A model generated the notes under the pieces. The model worked only from the letters and a program-made list of their open reading frames with translations. It was not told the origin of the DNA and made no database searches. Below are positions 32,494 through 43,462 of a stretch of DNA of 64,000 bases, one piece after another (the stretch's first letter is position 1; each line of letters begins with the position of its first letter). Position numbers and translations under genes: made by a program. Source of the DNA: Desulfobacterales bacterium (GTDB lineage: Bacteria > Desulfobacterota > Desulfobacteria > Desulfobacterales > UBA2174). The DNA lies in contig CAXXWC010000001.1 of NCBI GenBank assembly GCA_963668645.2, forward strand, positions 384,001-448,000, in the 5' to 3' direction.

Positions 32494-34236
32494 ATGGATG
32501 CCGCGAGGACGGAAACTTATTCAGCGCCCCTGGAGGACTCGAGTCCACCGTTGATGAGCGGGGCGCAAATTCTGATGGCGGCCCTTAAGGCAGAGGGCGT
32601 CGACACGATTTTCGGCTACCCGGGCGGGGCGGTCGTCGATCTTTACGATGAGCTGGCACGCACCGACCTTCGCCACGTCCTGGTACGCCACGAGCAGGGC
32701 GCCGTGCATGCCGCCGACGGATATGCCCGCGCCAGCGGCCGCCCGGGTGTATGCCTGGTCACTTCCGGTCCCGGCGCCACCAACACCGTCACCGGAATCG
32801 CCACGGCCTATGCCGACTCCATCCCCCTGGTGATCCTGACCGGCCAGGTGCCGACCAACCTGATCGGCAACGACGCCTTTCAGGAAGTGGACATCGTCGG
32901 GATTACCCGGCCGTGTACCAAACACAATTACCTGGTTGCCCGTACCGAGGATCTGGCCCGCATCATCCAGGAAGCCTTTCATGTGGCCTGTTCCGGAAGA
33001 CCCGGACCGGTGTTGATCGACCTGCCCAAGGACGTGGTCAACCGGCGTGTCCCCTACGCCCCGTTGACCGACCCGATCCGTTTGCAGGCCTACCGGCCCA
33101 ATTACCGACCCAACAAAAATCAGTTGCGCAAGGTTATGGCTCTGGTGGCCGAGGCCCGCTGCCCGGTAATCATCGCCGGCGGCGGAGTGATCCGCTCGGG
33201 CGCCAGCGCCGCGCTCACCGCCTTCGCCCGGGACATCCAGGCCCCGGTGACCGCATCCTTGATGGGATTGGGGGCCTTTCCGGGGTCCGATCCGCTCTGG
33301 CTCGGGATGCTCGGCATGCACGGCACCTACCGGGCCAACATGGCTGTGAGCCACGCCGACCTGCTCATCGCCGTTGGCGTGCGCTTCAGTGATCGAGTCA
33401 CCGGCAAGACCGACGCCTTTGCCGCCCAGGCGCGCATCGTTCATATCGACATCGATCCCACCTCGATTCGCAAAAACGTACCGGTGACCATTCCGGTGGT
33501 GGGCGACTGCCGCCTGACCCTCGAAACCCTCAACCAGATGATAGCTGATTTGAGTTCGGCTGATCCGTCCGTCGACCGCGGCCCCTGGATCGAGCAAATC
33601 AGAGAATGGCAGCACGCCCATAAGCTGGCTTACTGCCAGACCGACACCATCAAGCCGCAATTTGTGGTCGAAACCCTGCACCGGCTCACAAAAGGCAGTG
33701 CCATCGTCACCACCGAGGTCGGCCAGAACCAGATGTGGACCGCTCAGTTCTATCATTTCGACCGGCCCGCCCAGTTCATCACCTCCGGCGGACTGGGAAC
33801 CATGGGGTTCGGTCTACCGGCGGCCATCGGAGCCCAGATCGCCTTTCCGGATCGACTGGTGGTGGACATCGCCGGTGACGGCAGCATCCAGATGAACATC
33901 CAGGAGCTGGCCACCGCGGTTCAGTGCGGCCTGCCGGTCAAGGTGGTGATTCTCAACAACGGGTACCTGGGCATGGTGCGACAGTGGCAGGAACTGTTTT
34001 ACGATAAGCGCTACGCCTGCACCGGGATGGATCATCAACCGGATTTCGTCAAACTTGCCGAAGCATACGGTGCCGTCGGGCTGCGCGCTACCCGTCCCGA
34101 GGAAATCGAGTCGGTTCTGTCCCAGGGTCTTGCAACCCCGGGGCCGGTGCTGATGGACTTTGTCGTTGAGCGCGAGGAGTGCGTCTATCCCATGGTGCCG
34201 GCCGGGGCGGCGATTACCGAGATGCTGCTGGTCTGA
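32494..34236 (+). CDS. ilvB: acetolactate synthase large subunit
   Basis: FGYPGGA, RHEQGA, TSGPGATN, GMLGMHG, GDGSIQMNIQEL, GMVRQWQ. Confidence 0.97.
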   Translation: MDAARTETYSAPLEDSSPPLMSGAQILMAALKAEGVDTIFGYPGGAVVDLYDELARTDLRHVLVRHEQGAVHAADGYARASGRPGVCLVTSGPGATNTVTGIATAYADSIPLVILTGQVPTNLIGNDAFQEVDIVGITRPCTKHNYLVARTEDLARIIQEAFHVACSGRPGPVLIDLPKDVVNRRVPYAPLTDPIRLQAYRPNYRPNKNQLRKVMALVAEARCPVIIAGGGVIRSGASAALTAFARDIQAPVTASLMGLGAFPGSDPLWLGMLGMHGTYRANMAVSHADLLIAVGVRFSDRVTGKTDAFAAQARIVHIDIDPTSIRKNVPVTIPVVGDCRLTLETLNQMIADLSSADPSVDRGPWIEQIREWQHAHKLAYCQTDTIKPQFVVETLHRLTKGSAIVTTEVGQNQMWTAQFYHFDRPAQFITSGGLGTMGFGLPAAIGAQIAFPDRLVVDIAGDGSIQMNIQELATAVQCGLPVKVVILNNGYLGMVRQWQELFYDKRYACTGMDHQPDFVKLAEAYGAVGLRATRPEEIESVLSQGLATPGPVLMDFVVEREECVYPMVPAGAAITEMLLV

Positions 34237-34338
34237 AAGAGAAATTTTCGGCTAAGACAGCCCCCCTGCTGACGAATACCGATCCGTCGGACAGCGGATC
34301 GCACGAAACGAACATCGAAATCACGAAACGGACCGAAC

Positions 34339-34827
34339 ATGACTGCAGAACGACACATCTTCACCATGTTGGTGGACAACGAACCGGGAGTCCTCTCGCG
34401 GGTGGTGGGGCTTTTTTCCGGCCGTGGCTTCAACATCGAAAGCCTCTGCGTGGCCGAAACCATCGATCCCGATGTTTCGCGCATCACCCTGGCGACCATG
34501 GCCAATCCGCCGGTGATCGAACAAATAGAAAAGCAGCTCAACAAACTGATCAACGTCATCAAGGTGCGCGATTTGAGCGGTGACGACGCGGTCAAGCGCG
34601 AGATGGCCCTGATCTGCGTCCAGGCCAAACCGGAACACCGCGCCGAGATCCTGCGTATCGTAGACATATTTCGCTGCAAAGTGGTGGACGTGGGCCTGGC
34701 CCATTACATCATCGAGGTGACCGGCACCGAGGGCAAACTGGCAGCCCTGCTTAACCTGCTCAAGCCGATGGGGATCAAAAAGATCGCCCGCACCGGTACG
34801 GTGGCCCTGCTGCGGGAACCGAATTGA
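34339..34827 (+). CDS. ilvN: acetolactate synthase small subunit
   Basis: NEPGVLSRVVGLFSGRGFNIESL, QIEKQLNKLI, ARTG. Confidence 0.97.
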   Translation: MTAERHIFTMLVDNEPGVLSRVVGLFSGRGFNIESLCVAETIDPDVSRITLATMANPPVIEQIEKQLNKLINVIKVRDLSGDDAVKREMALICVQAKPEHRAEILRIVDIFRCKVVDVGLAHYIIEVTGTEGKLAALLNLLKPMGIKKIARTGTVALLREPN

Positions 34828-34930
34828 GCCGGCTGGAAAACGGGGCAGACAAAATCGGAAATCCGGGTCTGCATTAGGCAACCCGGGATAAACGGTGATA
34901 TTTTTTCAACCATTCAAGGAGAAAAAGCAA

Positions 34931-35983
34931 ATGGCACAGATCGATTTTGGCGGCATTGTCGAAGAAGTGATCACCTCGGAAGAATTTCCTCTGGACCGGG
35001 CCCGGGAGGTGCTGGCCCAGGAAACGGTCGCCGTTTTGGGCTATGGCGTGCAGGGACCGGGGCAGGCATTGAATCTGCGCGACAACGGAATCCGGGTCAT
35101 CGTGGGCCAGCGTGAAGGCGGATCCTCCTGGCAGCGGGCGGTGGATGACGGCTTCGTGCCGGGAAAAACCCTTTTTCCCCTCGAAGAAGCGGCCCGGCAG
35201 GGCACGGTGGTCCAGTACTTGCTCTCGGACGCCGGCCAAGTGGCGGCCTGGCCCCGCATCTCCCCCTGTCTCAACCCGGGCGACGCCCTCTATTTCTCCC
35301 ACGGATTCGGCATCGTCTACAAGGACCAGACCGGCATCGCCCCTTCAGCCGATGTGGACGTGATTCTGGTCGCCCCCAAAGGTTCAGGCCGCACGGTGCG
35401 CACCAACTTTCTCGAGGGCAGCGGCATCAACTCGAGCTTTGCCATCCACCAGGATGCCACCGGACGGGCCCGGGAACGGACCATCGCCCTGGGGATCGCC
35501 ATCGGATCGGGATATCTGTTCCCCACAACCTTTGCCAAAGAGGTCCACAGCGACCTGACCGGCGAGCGCGGGGTACTCATGGGTTGCCTGGCCGGGGTCA
35601 TGGAGGCCCAGTACAACCTTTTGCGCCGCCATGGCCACAGCCCCAGCGAGGCCTTCAACGAGACGGTCGAGGAGCTGACCCAGAGCCTGATCCGGCTGGT
35701 GGCCCAGAACGGGATGGACTGGATGTACGCCAACTGCAGCACCACGGCCCAGCGCGGGGCGCTCGACTGGGCACCGAAATTCCGTGATGCAGTGGCGCCG
35801 ATCTTCGACACCCTTTACGAGAACGTCGTAAGCGGAGAAGAAACCCGCCGCGTGCTGGCGGCCAACAGTGCGCCGGACTATCGCGCCCGCCTTGAAGATG
35901 AACTGGCTGTTATCGGCAACAGCGAGATGTGGCGCACCGGCGCGGCAGTACGGGCTCTGCGCCCGGAAAACCGGCGCGTATGA
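34931..35983 (+). CDS. ilvC: ketol-acid reductoisomerase (Bacteroidetes/fungal Ilv5-like type)
   Basis: GYGVQGPGQALNLRDNG, FSHGF, VAPKG, SDLTGERG, GMDWMYANCSTTAQRGALDW; start after AAGGAG. Confidence 0.95.
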   Translation: MAQIDFGGIVEEVITSEEFPLDRAREVLAQETVAVLGYGVQGPGQALNLRDNGIRVIVGQREGGSSWQRAVDDGFVPGKTLFPLEEAARQGTVVQYLLSDAGQVAAWPRISPCLNPGDALYFSHGFGIVYKDQTGIAPSADVDVILVAPKGSGRTVRTNFLEGSGINSSFAIHQDATGRARERTIALGIAIGSGYLFPTTFAKEVHSDLTGERGVLMGCLAGVMEAQYNLLRRHGHSPSEAFNETVEELTQSLIRLVAQNGMDWMYANCSTTAQRGALDWAPKFRDAVAPIFDTLYENVVSGEETRRVLAANSAPDYRARLEDELAVIGNSEMWRTGAAVRALRPENRRV

Positions 35984-36038
35984 TCCGGAGGCGCGTGCGC
36001 CTGCGCGGCGCACGTGCTGGACAAGGGAGACGATGATC

Positions 36039-37649
36039 ATGACACCACCGGTATGGATCTATGACACGACCCTGCGCGACGGCACCCAGGGCGAAAACAT
36101 CAGCTTTTCAGCCGATGAAAAACTGATGATCGCCAAACGCCTCGACGGGATCGGGATTCACTATATCGAAGGCGGGTGGCCGGGCTCAAATCCCCGGGAC
36201 ATGCAGTTTTTCGAGCTGGCGCGCCGGGAGCGGTTCTGCACGGCGCGCATCGCTGCCTTCGGCGCCACCCGGCGCCCGGGCATTGCCGTCGACCAGGACG
36301 CCAATCTCCAGGCCCTGGTTGCCAGCGAGGCGCCGGTGGTTGCCATCTTCGGCAAAAGCTGGGACCTGCACGTGGAACGGGTCATCGGCACCGATCTGGC
36401 CGAGAACCTGGCGATGATCAGCGAATCGATCGCCTGGCTCAAGTCCCAAGACAGGGAAGTGATCTACGACGCGGAGCATTTTTTCGACGGCTACCGGGCC
36501 AACCCGGATTACGCCCTGGCGACCATCGCCGCCGCGGCTGCCGGCGGGGCCACCCGGGTGGTTTTGTGCGACACCAACGGGGGAAGCCTTCCCTTCGATA
36601 TGGAGGCCATCATCCGGGCGGTGGCTGCCGCACTTGCCGGGCACCCCGGTGTCGGCATCGGGATCCACACCCACAACGACAGCGGCCTGGCCGTGGCCAA
36701 CACCCTGGCGGCGGTGCGGGCCGGTGCCGACATGGTCCAGGGGACCATAAACGGGTACGGCGAGCGCTGCGGCAACGCCGACCTGACCAGCATCATCCCC
36801 CTGCTCTGCCTTAAAATGGACTGCCCGGTGGTCTCCGAGGAGAGTCTGCGCAAGTTGAAAAAGCTTTCACGCTTCGTTAGCGAGACGGCCAACCTCGTGC
36901 CCCTCAACAGCCGCCCTTTCGTGGGCCAGAGCGCTTTCGCCCACAAGGGCGGCATCCACGTGCACGCCATCATGAAAGAGCCCCGGGCCTACGAGCACAT
37001 CGCCCCCGAACTGGTCGGCAACAGCCGCCGGGTGCTGGTCTCGGATATGTCGGGGCGCAGCAACGTCACCTACAAGGCCCAGGAACTGGGAATCGACCCG
37101 AACGGCCTCGACAGCCGGGAAATCGTGCGCCACGTGAAGGATCTGGAGCAGGCTGGCTGGGAGTTCGACGGAGCGGACGGATCCTTCAAGATCCTGATGG
37201 AAAAACACCTCGACCGGTTCGTTCCCCACTTCGAACTCGAGTCGTTCCGGGTCACCATCGAAAAGGACCAGGACCAGCCCTGTTCGGCCCGCGCCACCAT
37301 CAAAATCGATGTCGACGGGAAAAAAGAGATCACCGCCGCAGAGGGCCTCGGCCCTGTCAGCGCGCTGGACAACGCCCTGCGCAAGGCCCTGGACAAGTTC
37401 TACCCCGAGATCGACGGCATGCGTCTGGTCGACTTCAAGGTGCGGGTCATCGACGGCCGGGAGGGGACCGCCGCCCGGGTGCGGGTCTGGATCGAATCGC
37501 GCGACCACGACGATATCTGGCAGACCATCGGTGTCAGTGAAGACATTATCGAAGCGAGCTGGCAGGCCCTGGCCGACAGCTTCCAGTACAAGCTGGCCAA
37601 ACAGGCCAACGGCAACGCAGAGGCTGAAAAAAGCTGTTCTGCCCTGTAA
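36039..37649 (+). CDS. cimA: citramalate synthase
   Basis: YDTTLRDGTQGE, YIEGGWPGSNP, FGKSWDLHV, YDAEHFFDG, AFAHKGGIH, GPVSALDNALRKAL. Confidence 0.92.
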   Translation: MTPPVWIYDTTLRDGTQGENISFSADEKLMIAKRLDGIGIHYIEGGWPGSNPRDMQFFELARRERFCTARIAAFGATRRPGIAVDQDANLQALVASEAPVVAIFGKSWDLHVERVIGTDLAENLAMISESIAWLKSQDREVIYDAEHFFDGYRANPDYALATIAAAAAGGATRVVLCDTNGGSLPFDMEAIIRAVAAALAGHPGVGIGIHTHNDSGLAVANTLAAVRAGADMVQGTINGYGERCGNADLTSIIPLLCLKMDCPVVSEESLRKLKKLSRFVSETANLVPLNSRPFVGQSAFAHKGGIHVHAIMKEPRAYEHIAPELVGNSRRVLVSDMSGRSNVTYKAQELGIDPNGLDSREIVRHVKDLEQAGWEFDGADGSFKILMEKHLDRFVPHFELESFRVTIEKDQDQPCSARATIKIDVDGKKEITAAEGLGPVSALDNALRKALDKFYPEIDGMRLVDFKVRVIDGREGTAARVRVWIESRDHDDIWQTIGVSEDIIEASWQALADSFQYKLAKQANGNAEAEKSCSAL

Positions 37650-37872
37650 CCACACTACTCTTGACCAGCAACAACCGATCAGAGGTGAATCATGAGGTGC
37701 CGAGGAGGTTTTAATGCCACAGGACACCCCCATCCGGGGCACGTCCTGTGGCCCATGCTCACGCCGCAGGCCCATCCGGTCCGAATCCGGGATTGAAAAA
37801 ACCGCAATTACAATGGACGCAATGATTGATATCGCACCCTGCGGGGCAAAAAACGACGGGAGCATACGAACC

Positions 37873-39408
37873 ATGAACGACAAATTGATCATCTTCGATA
37901 CCACCCTGCGCGACGGGGAGCAGTCCCCCGGCGCCAGCATGAACACCAACGAAAAGCTGCGCCTGGCGGTGCAGTTGGAAAAGCTGGGCATCGACGTCAT
38001 CGAGGCGGGATTCCCTGCGGCCAGTGAAGGCGATTTCGAGGCGGTCAGCCGCATCTCCGCCAAGCTGGAGAAGAGTCAGGTGGCCGCCCTGGCCCGGGCC
38101 AACCGCAACGACATCGACCGGGCCTGGGCCGCGGTGGGCGGTGCGCGCCACCCGCGCATTCACACCTTCCTGGCCACCAGCGATATCCACATGCAGTACA
38201 AGCTCAACATGAACCGGGAGCAGGTTCTGGCCGCCGCCGTCGATGCTGTGCGCTACGCCAAAAGCTTCACGGAAAACGTCGAATTTTCAGCCGAGGACGG
38301 CTCGCGAAGCGACCGTGACTTTCTGTGCCAGATCTTTGAGGCGGTCATCGAGGCCGGGGCCACCACGGTGAACCTGCCCGATACGGTGGGCTACGCCATT
38401 CCGGAGGAATTCGCCGGCCTGGTAAGCTACGTCATAACCCACACGCCCAACATCGACCGGGCCGTATTCAGTGTCCACTGCCACAACGACCTGGGCCTGG
38501 CCACCGCCAATACCCTGGCGGCTGTCGGGGCAGGTGCGCGCCAGGCCGAAGTGACGGTCAACGGGATCGGCGAACGGGCGGGCAATACCAGCCTGGAAGA
38601 GGTGGTGATGGCCCTGCACACCCGGCGCAACTACCTGCCGCTGGACTGCGCCATTCGCACCGAGGAGATCCACCCCACCAGCCGGCTGGTGAGCATGATC
38701 ACCGGCATCGTGATCCAGCCCAACAAGGCCATTGTGGGGGCTAACGCCTTTGCCCACGAGGCCGGTATCCACCAGGACGGGGTCCTGAAAAACCCCATGA
38801 CCTATGAGATCATGCGCCCCGAAACGGTGGGGCTGAACCGCAGCGCCCTGGTCCTGGGCAAACACTCAGGACGCCACGCACTGCGCGACCGGCTCAAGTC
38901 ACTCGGCTACGAATTGTCCAGTGAAGAACTCAACCTGGTTTTTGTCAAATTCAAGGAGTTGGCCGACAAGAAGAAACACGTGGTCGACGAGGACCTGGAG
39001 GTGATCGTCACCGAGGGGATCTTGCGCACGGCGGACATATTCCGCCTCGAATACCTGCATGTCACCGCCGGCACCACCGTGATGCCGATGGCCAGCGTCA
39101 AGCTTCGGGTCAACGACCGCGAACGGCGCGGGGCCGCCTATGGCAACGGCCCCATCGACGCGGCCTACAACTGCATCGCCCAGCTCGCCGAGACCGACAG
39201 CGAATTGCTGCGCTTTACCATCAGCGCCCTGACCGGCGGCACCGATGCCCAGGGCGAAGTCACGGTGCGGCTGCGTGAAAACGGGTTGGTGGCCCTGGGC
39301 AAGGGGGCCGATCCAGACATCATCACCGCCGCCACCAAGGCCTACATCAACGGCCTGAACCGCCTCGAATATCTCAAGGCGCACCCGGTGGATAACCGGG
39401 GGGTCTGA
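37873..39408 (+). CDS. leuA: 2-isopropylmalate synthase
   Basis: [56 protein letters not shown]; an alternative in-frame start exists at 37714. Confidence 0.96.
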   Translation: MNDKLIIFDTTLRDGEQSPGASMNTNEKLRLAVQLEKLGIDVIEAGFPAASEGDFEAVSRISAKLEKSQVAALARANRNDIDRAWAAVGGARHPRIHTFLATSDIHMQYKLNMNREQVLAAAVDAVRYAKSFTENVEFSAEDGSRSDRDFLCQIFEAVIEAGATTVNLPDTVGYAIPEEFAGLVSYVITHTPNIDRAVFSVHCHNDLGLATANTLAAVGAGARQAEVTVNGIGERAGNTSLEEVVMALHTRRNYLPLDCAIRTEEIHPTSRLVSMITGIVIQPNKAIVGANAFAHEAGIHQDGVLKNPMTYEIMRPETVGLNRSALVLGKHSGRHALRDRLKSLGYELSSEELNLVFVKFKELADKKKHVVDEDLEVIVTEGILRTADIFRLEYLHVTAGTTVMPMASVKLRVNDRERRGAAYGNGPIDAAYNCIAQLAETDSELLRFTISALTGGTDAQGEVTVRLRENGLVALGKGADPDIITAATKAYINGLNRLEYLKAHPVDNRGV

Positions 39409-39442
39409 CGTTTTCAGATCGAGCCTGATTCCCACTCGTTGC

Positions 39443-39479
39443 GGGCGGATGACCCATGGGCCATCCGCCCCTTTTATTT
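39443..39479 (+). terminator. rho-independent terminator after leuA
   Basis: GGGCGGATG/CATCCGCCC stem followed by CTTTTATTT. Confidence 0.7.
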
Positions 39480-39738
39480 CGCGGCTGCCCCCCCGGAAGT
39501 GATCCCGCCACTTCGCCTTTTACCGGCCATGACGCGCCTTGCCCTTCCATCGCCATGTACGGCGGCATATTGATTTATACCACAAGCGTGGTCATCGTTG
39601 CTTTGACACGAGACGACTGGCCGAATCGGCAGCAGCGCATACCGGCGTCCGAGCGTTGCTTGGGCTGCATGCCGAGCAGTTTCTCCGGCAGGCGTTAAAC
39701 AGCAAAGCATCCAAACCAGATACCGTGGAGGAATCACG

Positions 39739-40341
39739 ATGAGCCATACATTACCCCAACTCCCATACACCTACGACGCCCTGGAACCGTTCTTCGACGC
39801 ACGGACGATGGAAATTCATCACACCAGACATCATCAAACCTACGTTGACAAGCTCAACGCGGCGCTCCAAGGGCAAGACGCACTCCAGCAGAAAGGAGTC
39901 GAGGAGCTTCTTGCCGACCTGAATGCCGTTCCGGAAACGATCCGCACGGCGGTGCGCAATCACGGTGGAGGGCACGCCAACCACTCTTTCTGGTGGCCCA
40001 TGCTGAAAAAGGACGTGCCCTTGGCCGGACCGGTGGCCGAGGCCATCGGCAGTTCATTCGGAGGCTATGAAAAATTCAAATCGATGTTCGCCAACACCGC
40101 TGCCCTGCTCTTCGGCAGCGGCTGGATCTGGCTGGTACTTGATCAGGGAAAACTCGAAATTATCCCCACGGCCAATCAGGACAGCCCGATCAGCCTGGGA
40201 AAGAAGCCGATCCTGGGCATCGACGTCTGGGAGCACGCCTACTATCTCAAGTATCAGAATCGGCGCCCGGATTATATCGAGGCATTTTTCAACGTCATCG
40301 ACTGGCAACGGGTCAACGAGGTCTATACCGCCGCCCGTTGA
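39739..40341 (+). CDS. sodA: superoxide dismutase (Mn/Fe family)
   Basis: [37 protein letters not shown]; the GGGH motif leans toward Mn-type. Confidence 0.9.
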   Translation: MSHTLPQLPYTYDALEPFFDARTMEIHHTRHHQTYVDKLNAALQGQDALQQKGVEELLADLNAVPETIRTAVRNHGGGHANHSFWWPMLKKDVPLAGPVAEAIGSSFGGYEKFKSMFANTAALLFGSGWIWLVLDQGKLEIIPTANQDSPISLGKKPILGIDVWEHAYYLKYQNRRPDYIEAFFNVIDWQRVNEVYTAAR

Positions 40342-40499
40342 AGTTGAACCGGCTTTAAGCCGGTGCTGTCGTGCACCAGGCGGCGATGCCTGCGGGCATC
40401 TTGACTGGAAGGCGACAAGAAGATGAGGCGTTTCCCGGGCGCGGCCAAACGGCCATGTCCGGGAAACGCAATGACTTGCGGGTCAATCAGGTACGCAGG

Positions 40500-41027
40500 C
40501 TACTTGTTTTGCATATCGACGACCAGTTGGACTAGAGACTCCACCTTGTCATCGGGCACTCGGCCGCGCACAATGGCCTGGCAGACACGGTTTTTGTCCA
40601 GGATGATGATGTTGCTCGTGTCCTTGGCCAGGCCCCAGGCGCTGCGCAGGACGGCGTCGTAATCGAAGAGGATCGTCGTCTTGTATTTCTTGGCCTTGTT
40701 GCCGGCAATGGCCCGGATGGCGATGTTCGGCTTCCAGGTGGCCGCGCAATCGGCGATGCCGAAGCCCTTGTACCCTGCGTCGGTCAGCCGGCCCTCGTCT
40801 TTGGCTTTTTTGAGCGCGTCGGTAAAATGTTCGTTGAGGTCCGATTCATCCGGGTCGACGTAGGTGATACTCAACACCTTGCCGGCCCAGGTTTCCATGG
40901 TAAACTTTTTCCCGTCGGCATCGGTAAAAGACCAGTCCGAGGCCTTCATGCCCACCTTGAGTTCTTCGGCCCAGGCCGGTCCGGCCGCAATGATGGCCAA
41001 CATCATCAGCGCTGCAAATCGTTTCAT
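40500..41027 (-). CDS. YtfJ-family secreted thioredoxin-fold protein
   Basis: Signal peptide; GKVLSITYVDPD, AWGLAKDTSNIIILDKN. Confidence 0.7.
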   Translation of the reverse strand: MKRFAALMMLAIIAAGPAWAEELKVGMKASDWSFTDADGKKFTMETWAGKVLSITYVDPDESDLNEHFTDALKKAKDEGRLTDAGYKGFGIADCAATWKPNIAIRAIAGNKAKKYKTTILFDYDAVLRSAWGLAKDTSNIIILDKNRVCQAIVRGRVPDDKVESLVQLVVDMQNK

Positions 41028-41059
41028 CGCTCTGCTCCCCTTCTCCGGTTCAATCCCCA

Positions 41060-41527
41060 TTAATCCCCCATCTTGGCCATGTAGTCGTCATACATACTTT
41101 CCAGGGCAAGCTTGTGTTTGGCCTCCTCCTGGCAAAGGATCTTGAAGATTTTGCGCTGCGCATCGCCGGCAGCCTTGACTTGAAGCAGGTTGTAGAGTTT
41201 GAGGGCCTTTTCCTCGCGCTTCATGGCCACCAGCAACAGCTCGTGATACCCGAGACCGGGCCGATAGGCGATCTCCTCCACATAATCGCTGCGCCGGATG
41301 TCGGGAATCCACTTGAAATCATACTCCGGCAGGGCTGCCGAAGCCCCTTGGGCTAACATTTTCTCCAACATGTCCTGGTGCTTGCGTTCCTCGGCAGCAA
41401 AATCGAGAAGCATCTGCCGGCTCCCGGAAAAGATTTCCTGCCCGGCGCATTCAACATAAAAATCTGCCGCCTCTTTTTCCTTTTCGATGGCAAAGCGCAC
41501 CACTTCTTCGAAATTCTCAAAATCCAT
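41060..41527 (-). CDS. rubrerythrin-like ferritin-fold protein
   Basis: AIEKEKEAADFY, EERKH, AMKREEKA..LY, EEAKH di-iron motifs. Confidence 0.88.
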   Translation of the reverse strand: MDFENFEEVVRFAIEKEKEAADFYVECAGQEIFSGSRQMLLDFAAEERKHQDMLEKMLAQGASAALPEYDFKWIPDIRRSDYVEEIAYRPGLGYHELLLVAMKREEKALKLYNLLQVKAAGDAQRKIFKILCQEEAKHKLALESMYDDYMAKMGD

Positions 41528-41559
41528 GGCTGCAATCCTCCTGGAGCGTTGTTCCGTCT

Positions 41560-42525
41560 TTAGAAAGCATCGTCGATCCGCAGTGTCCCCACCAGATCCC
41601 GGATCCGCGTGATGCCGTGACGGCGCAAATAAAGAGCGATCCCGTCGACAATTTCAACCGACACCGCCGGATTGATGAAATTGGCCGTGCCGATCTGCAC
41701 CGCCGTAGCGCCGGCAATGAAAAACTCGATGGCGTCGGCGGCGTTGGTGATGCCACCGATGCCGACCACCGGCACGCTGACCGCACGGGCCACCTGCCAT
41801 ACCATGCGTACGGCCACAGGCCGGATGGCCGGGCCGGACAGGCCGCCGGTGATGTTGGCCAGACGGGGCCGGCGGGTTTCGATGTCGATGGCCATCCCTG
41901 TCAGGGTGTTGATCAGCGAGATGGCATCGGCGCCGGCCGCTTCCACCCGGCAGGCGATGGCCGCGATATCGGTAACGTTCGGCGACAATTTGACGATCAC
42001 GGGCAGGCCCGTGGCCCGGCGAACCGCGGTGACCACCCGTGCTGCGGCATCCGGATCCACGCCGAAAGCCACTCCTCCCGCCTTGACGTTGGGACAGGAA
42101 ATATTGACCTCCAGGCCGGCGATCCCCTCTTGCCCGTCGAGTCGCTCGGCCAGCTGGGCGTACTCGTCGACGCTGCGGCCGTATAAATTGGCAATTACCG
42201 GGGTGTTCAGGTTGCGCAGAAACGGCAGTTTTTGAGCGATGAAGGCATCGAGCCCCACATTTTCCAGCCCGATGGCGTTAAGCATACCGCAAGGGGTTTC
42301 CACGATGCGCGGCGGCGGATTACCCGATGCCGGCGCCAGTGAAAGGCCTTTGACGACGATGGCGCCCAGACGGTTCAAATCGACCAGGCCTTGGAACTCC
42401 CTGGCATAGCCGAAGGTTCCCGACGCCGTCATCACCGGGTTGGCCATGCGGATTCCGCCCAGGTTCACCGACAGGTCGAGGGGCGCAGAGTCATTTTCCG
42501 GTTCGCGCTGGTTTTCGTTCATCAA
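41560..42525 (-). CDS. pyrD: dihydroorotate dehydrogenase, family 1B catalytic subunit
   Basis: [46 protein letters not shown]. Confidence 0.95.
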   Translation of the reverse strand: MMNENQREPENDSAPLDLSVNLGGIRMANPVMTASGTFGYAREFQGLVDLNRLGAIVVKGLSLAPASGNPPPRIVETPCGMLNAIGLENVGLDAFIAQKLPFLRNLNTPVIANLYGRSVDEYAQLAERLDGQEGIAGLEVNISCPNVKAGGVAFGVDPDAAARVVTAVRRATGLPVIVKLSPNVTDIAAIACRVEAAGADAISLINTLTGMAIDIETRRPRLANITGGLSGPAIRPVAVRMVWQVARAVSVPVVGIGGITNAADAIEFFIAGATAVQIGTANFINPAVSVEIVDGIALYLRRHGITRIRDLVGTLRIDDAF

Positions 42526-42769
42526 GTTTTGGTCCCGTTGCCATGGCGATGGCCATGAAGCTTGAGAATGGTGAGATTTTCCTGATTACCACACTTGGCA
42601 GACCTTGGCCAAGACCTGGTTGACATAAGGATCTTGAACAAAAGGAGGGGCCGGTGTATGAAACGGTTGGCTTGGCGCAGTCAAAGCGGGGCGTGGCGCC
42701 CCAAGGCGCCGGCGTAACTTCTTCCAGCCCGGATCGGTCGGTCTGCCGGCATTCCATGGAGAATTCAGC

Positions 42770-42958
42770 GTGAACACCCAGACCTTAGCCGTAACCATCT
42801 TTACCCTTTGGCTGGTGATGGGCCTCGGTTTTCTGGCCACCTACACCAAAGGCCGCAAGGCGGACCGCAACCTGCTTAAAAGCCTCGGAACCACCGAAGG
42901 CCTGCTTTTCGTCGCCAGCGTGGCCGGCTCCATCATCTACTTTTTCGCCGCCCTTTAA
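42770..42958 (+). CDS. small two-TM membrane protein
   Basis: 62 aa, two hydrophobic segments with a basic loop; GGAG RBS. Confidence 0.6.
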   Translation: MNTQTLAVTIFTLWLVMGLGFLATYTKGRKADRNLLKSLGTTEGLLFVASVAGSIIYFFAAL

Positions 42959-42975
42959 TTCTTTCGCAACGCCTA

Positions 42976-43416
42976 TCACCCCTCGCGGTCTGCCTGAGAA
43001 TTTTCAGCGTCACCGGCCACCAACGGTTTCAAATCGATGATCGGGGTTCCGTCGAACATGTCCAGACCGCGCACGCGCAGGATGTTTCTCCGCACGTGCA
43101 GCACCTCGACCACACTCATGCCGATGGGATTGGGCCGGCGTGGCGAGCAGATGGAAAATACGCCCATCTCGGTGCGGTGATGCGGCGGCCGCTGGACAAG
43201 CAGACCGGGTTCAAAAGCAGCGCTGCGATGGAAGTGAAACAGGACCACGATCCGGTCTCCGGCCTGCATACTGCACAGCCCTTGGCTGTAAATCGGATCG
43301 ATCACCAATTCCCCCTCAAGGTCGGATACCGACCAATGGCGAGGTACGCTGGGCGCCTCATGGCATACGCGGCCGATGGGCGTAAAACAGATCGTATCTG
43401 AAAGGGGCTCTTTCAT
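42976..43416 (-). CDS. tsaA: tRNA m6t6A37 methyltransferase TrmO/TsaA
   Basis: FTPIG, LFHFH, GVFSICSPRRPNPIGMS, GLDMFDGTPIIDLKP; start at MKEPLSD. Confidence 0.9.
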   Translation of the reverse strand: MKEPLSDTICFTPIGRVCHEAPSVPRHWSVSDLEGELVIDPIYSQGLCSMQAGDRIVVLFHFHRSAAFEPGLLVQRPPHHRTEMGVFSICSPRRPNPIGMSVVEVLHVRRNILRVRGLDMFDGTPIIDLKPLVAGDAENSQADREG

Positions 43417-43462
43417 AGCGCTTTTCTCCGAAAGGCGTTCAGGGCCGAGATTGCCGACATCA

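Noticed and set aside
39570..39583. FNR-like site upstream of sod (TTGAT-N4-ACCAC)
   Set aside because: Only one half-site matches the consensus
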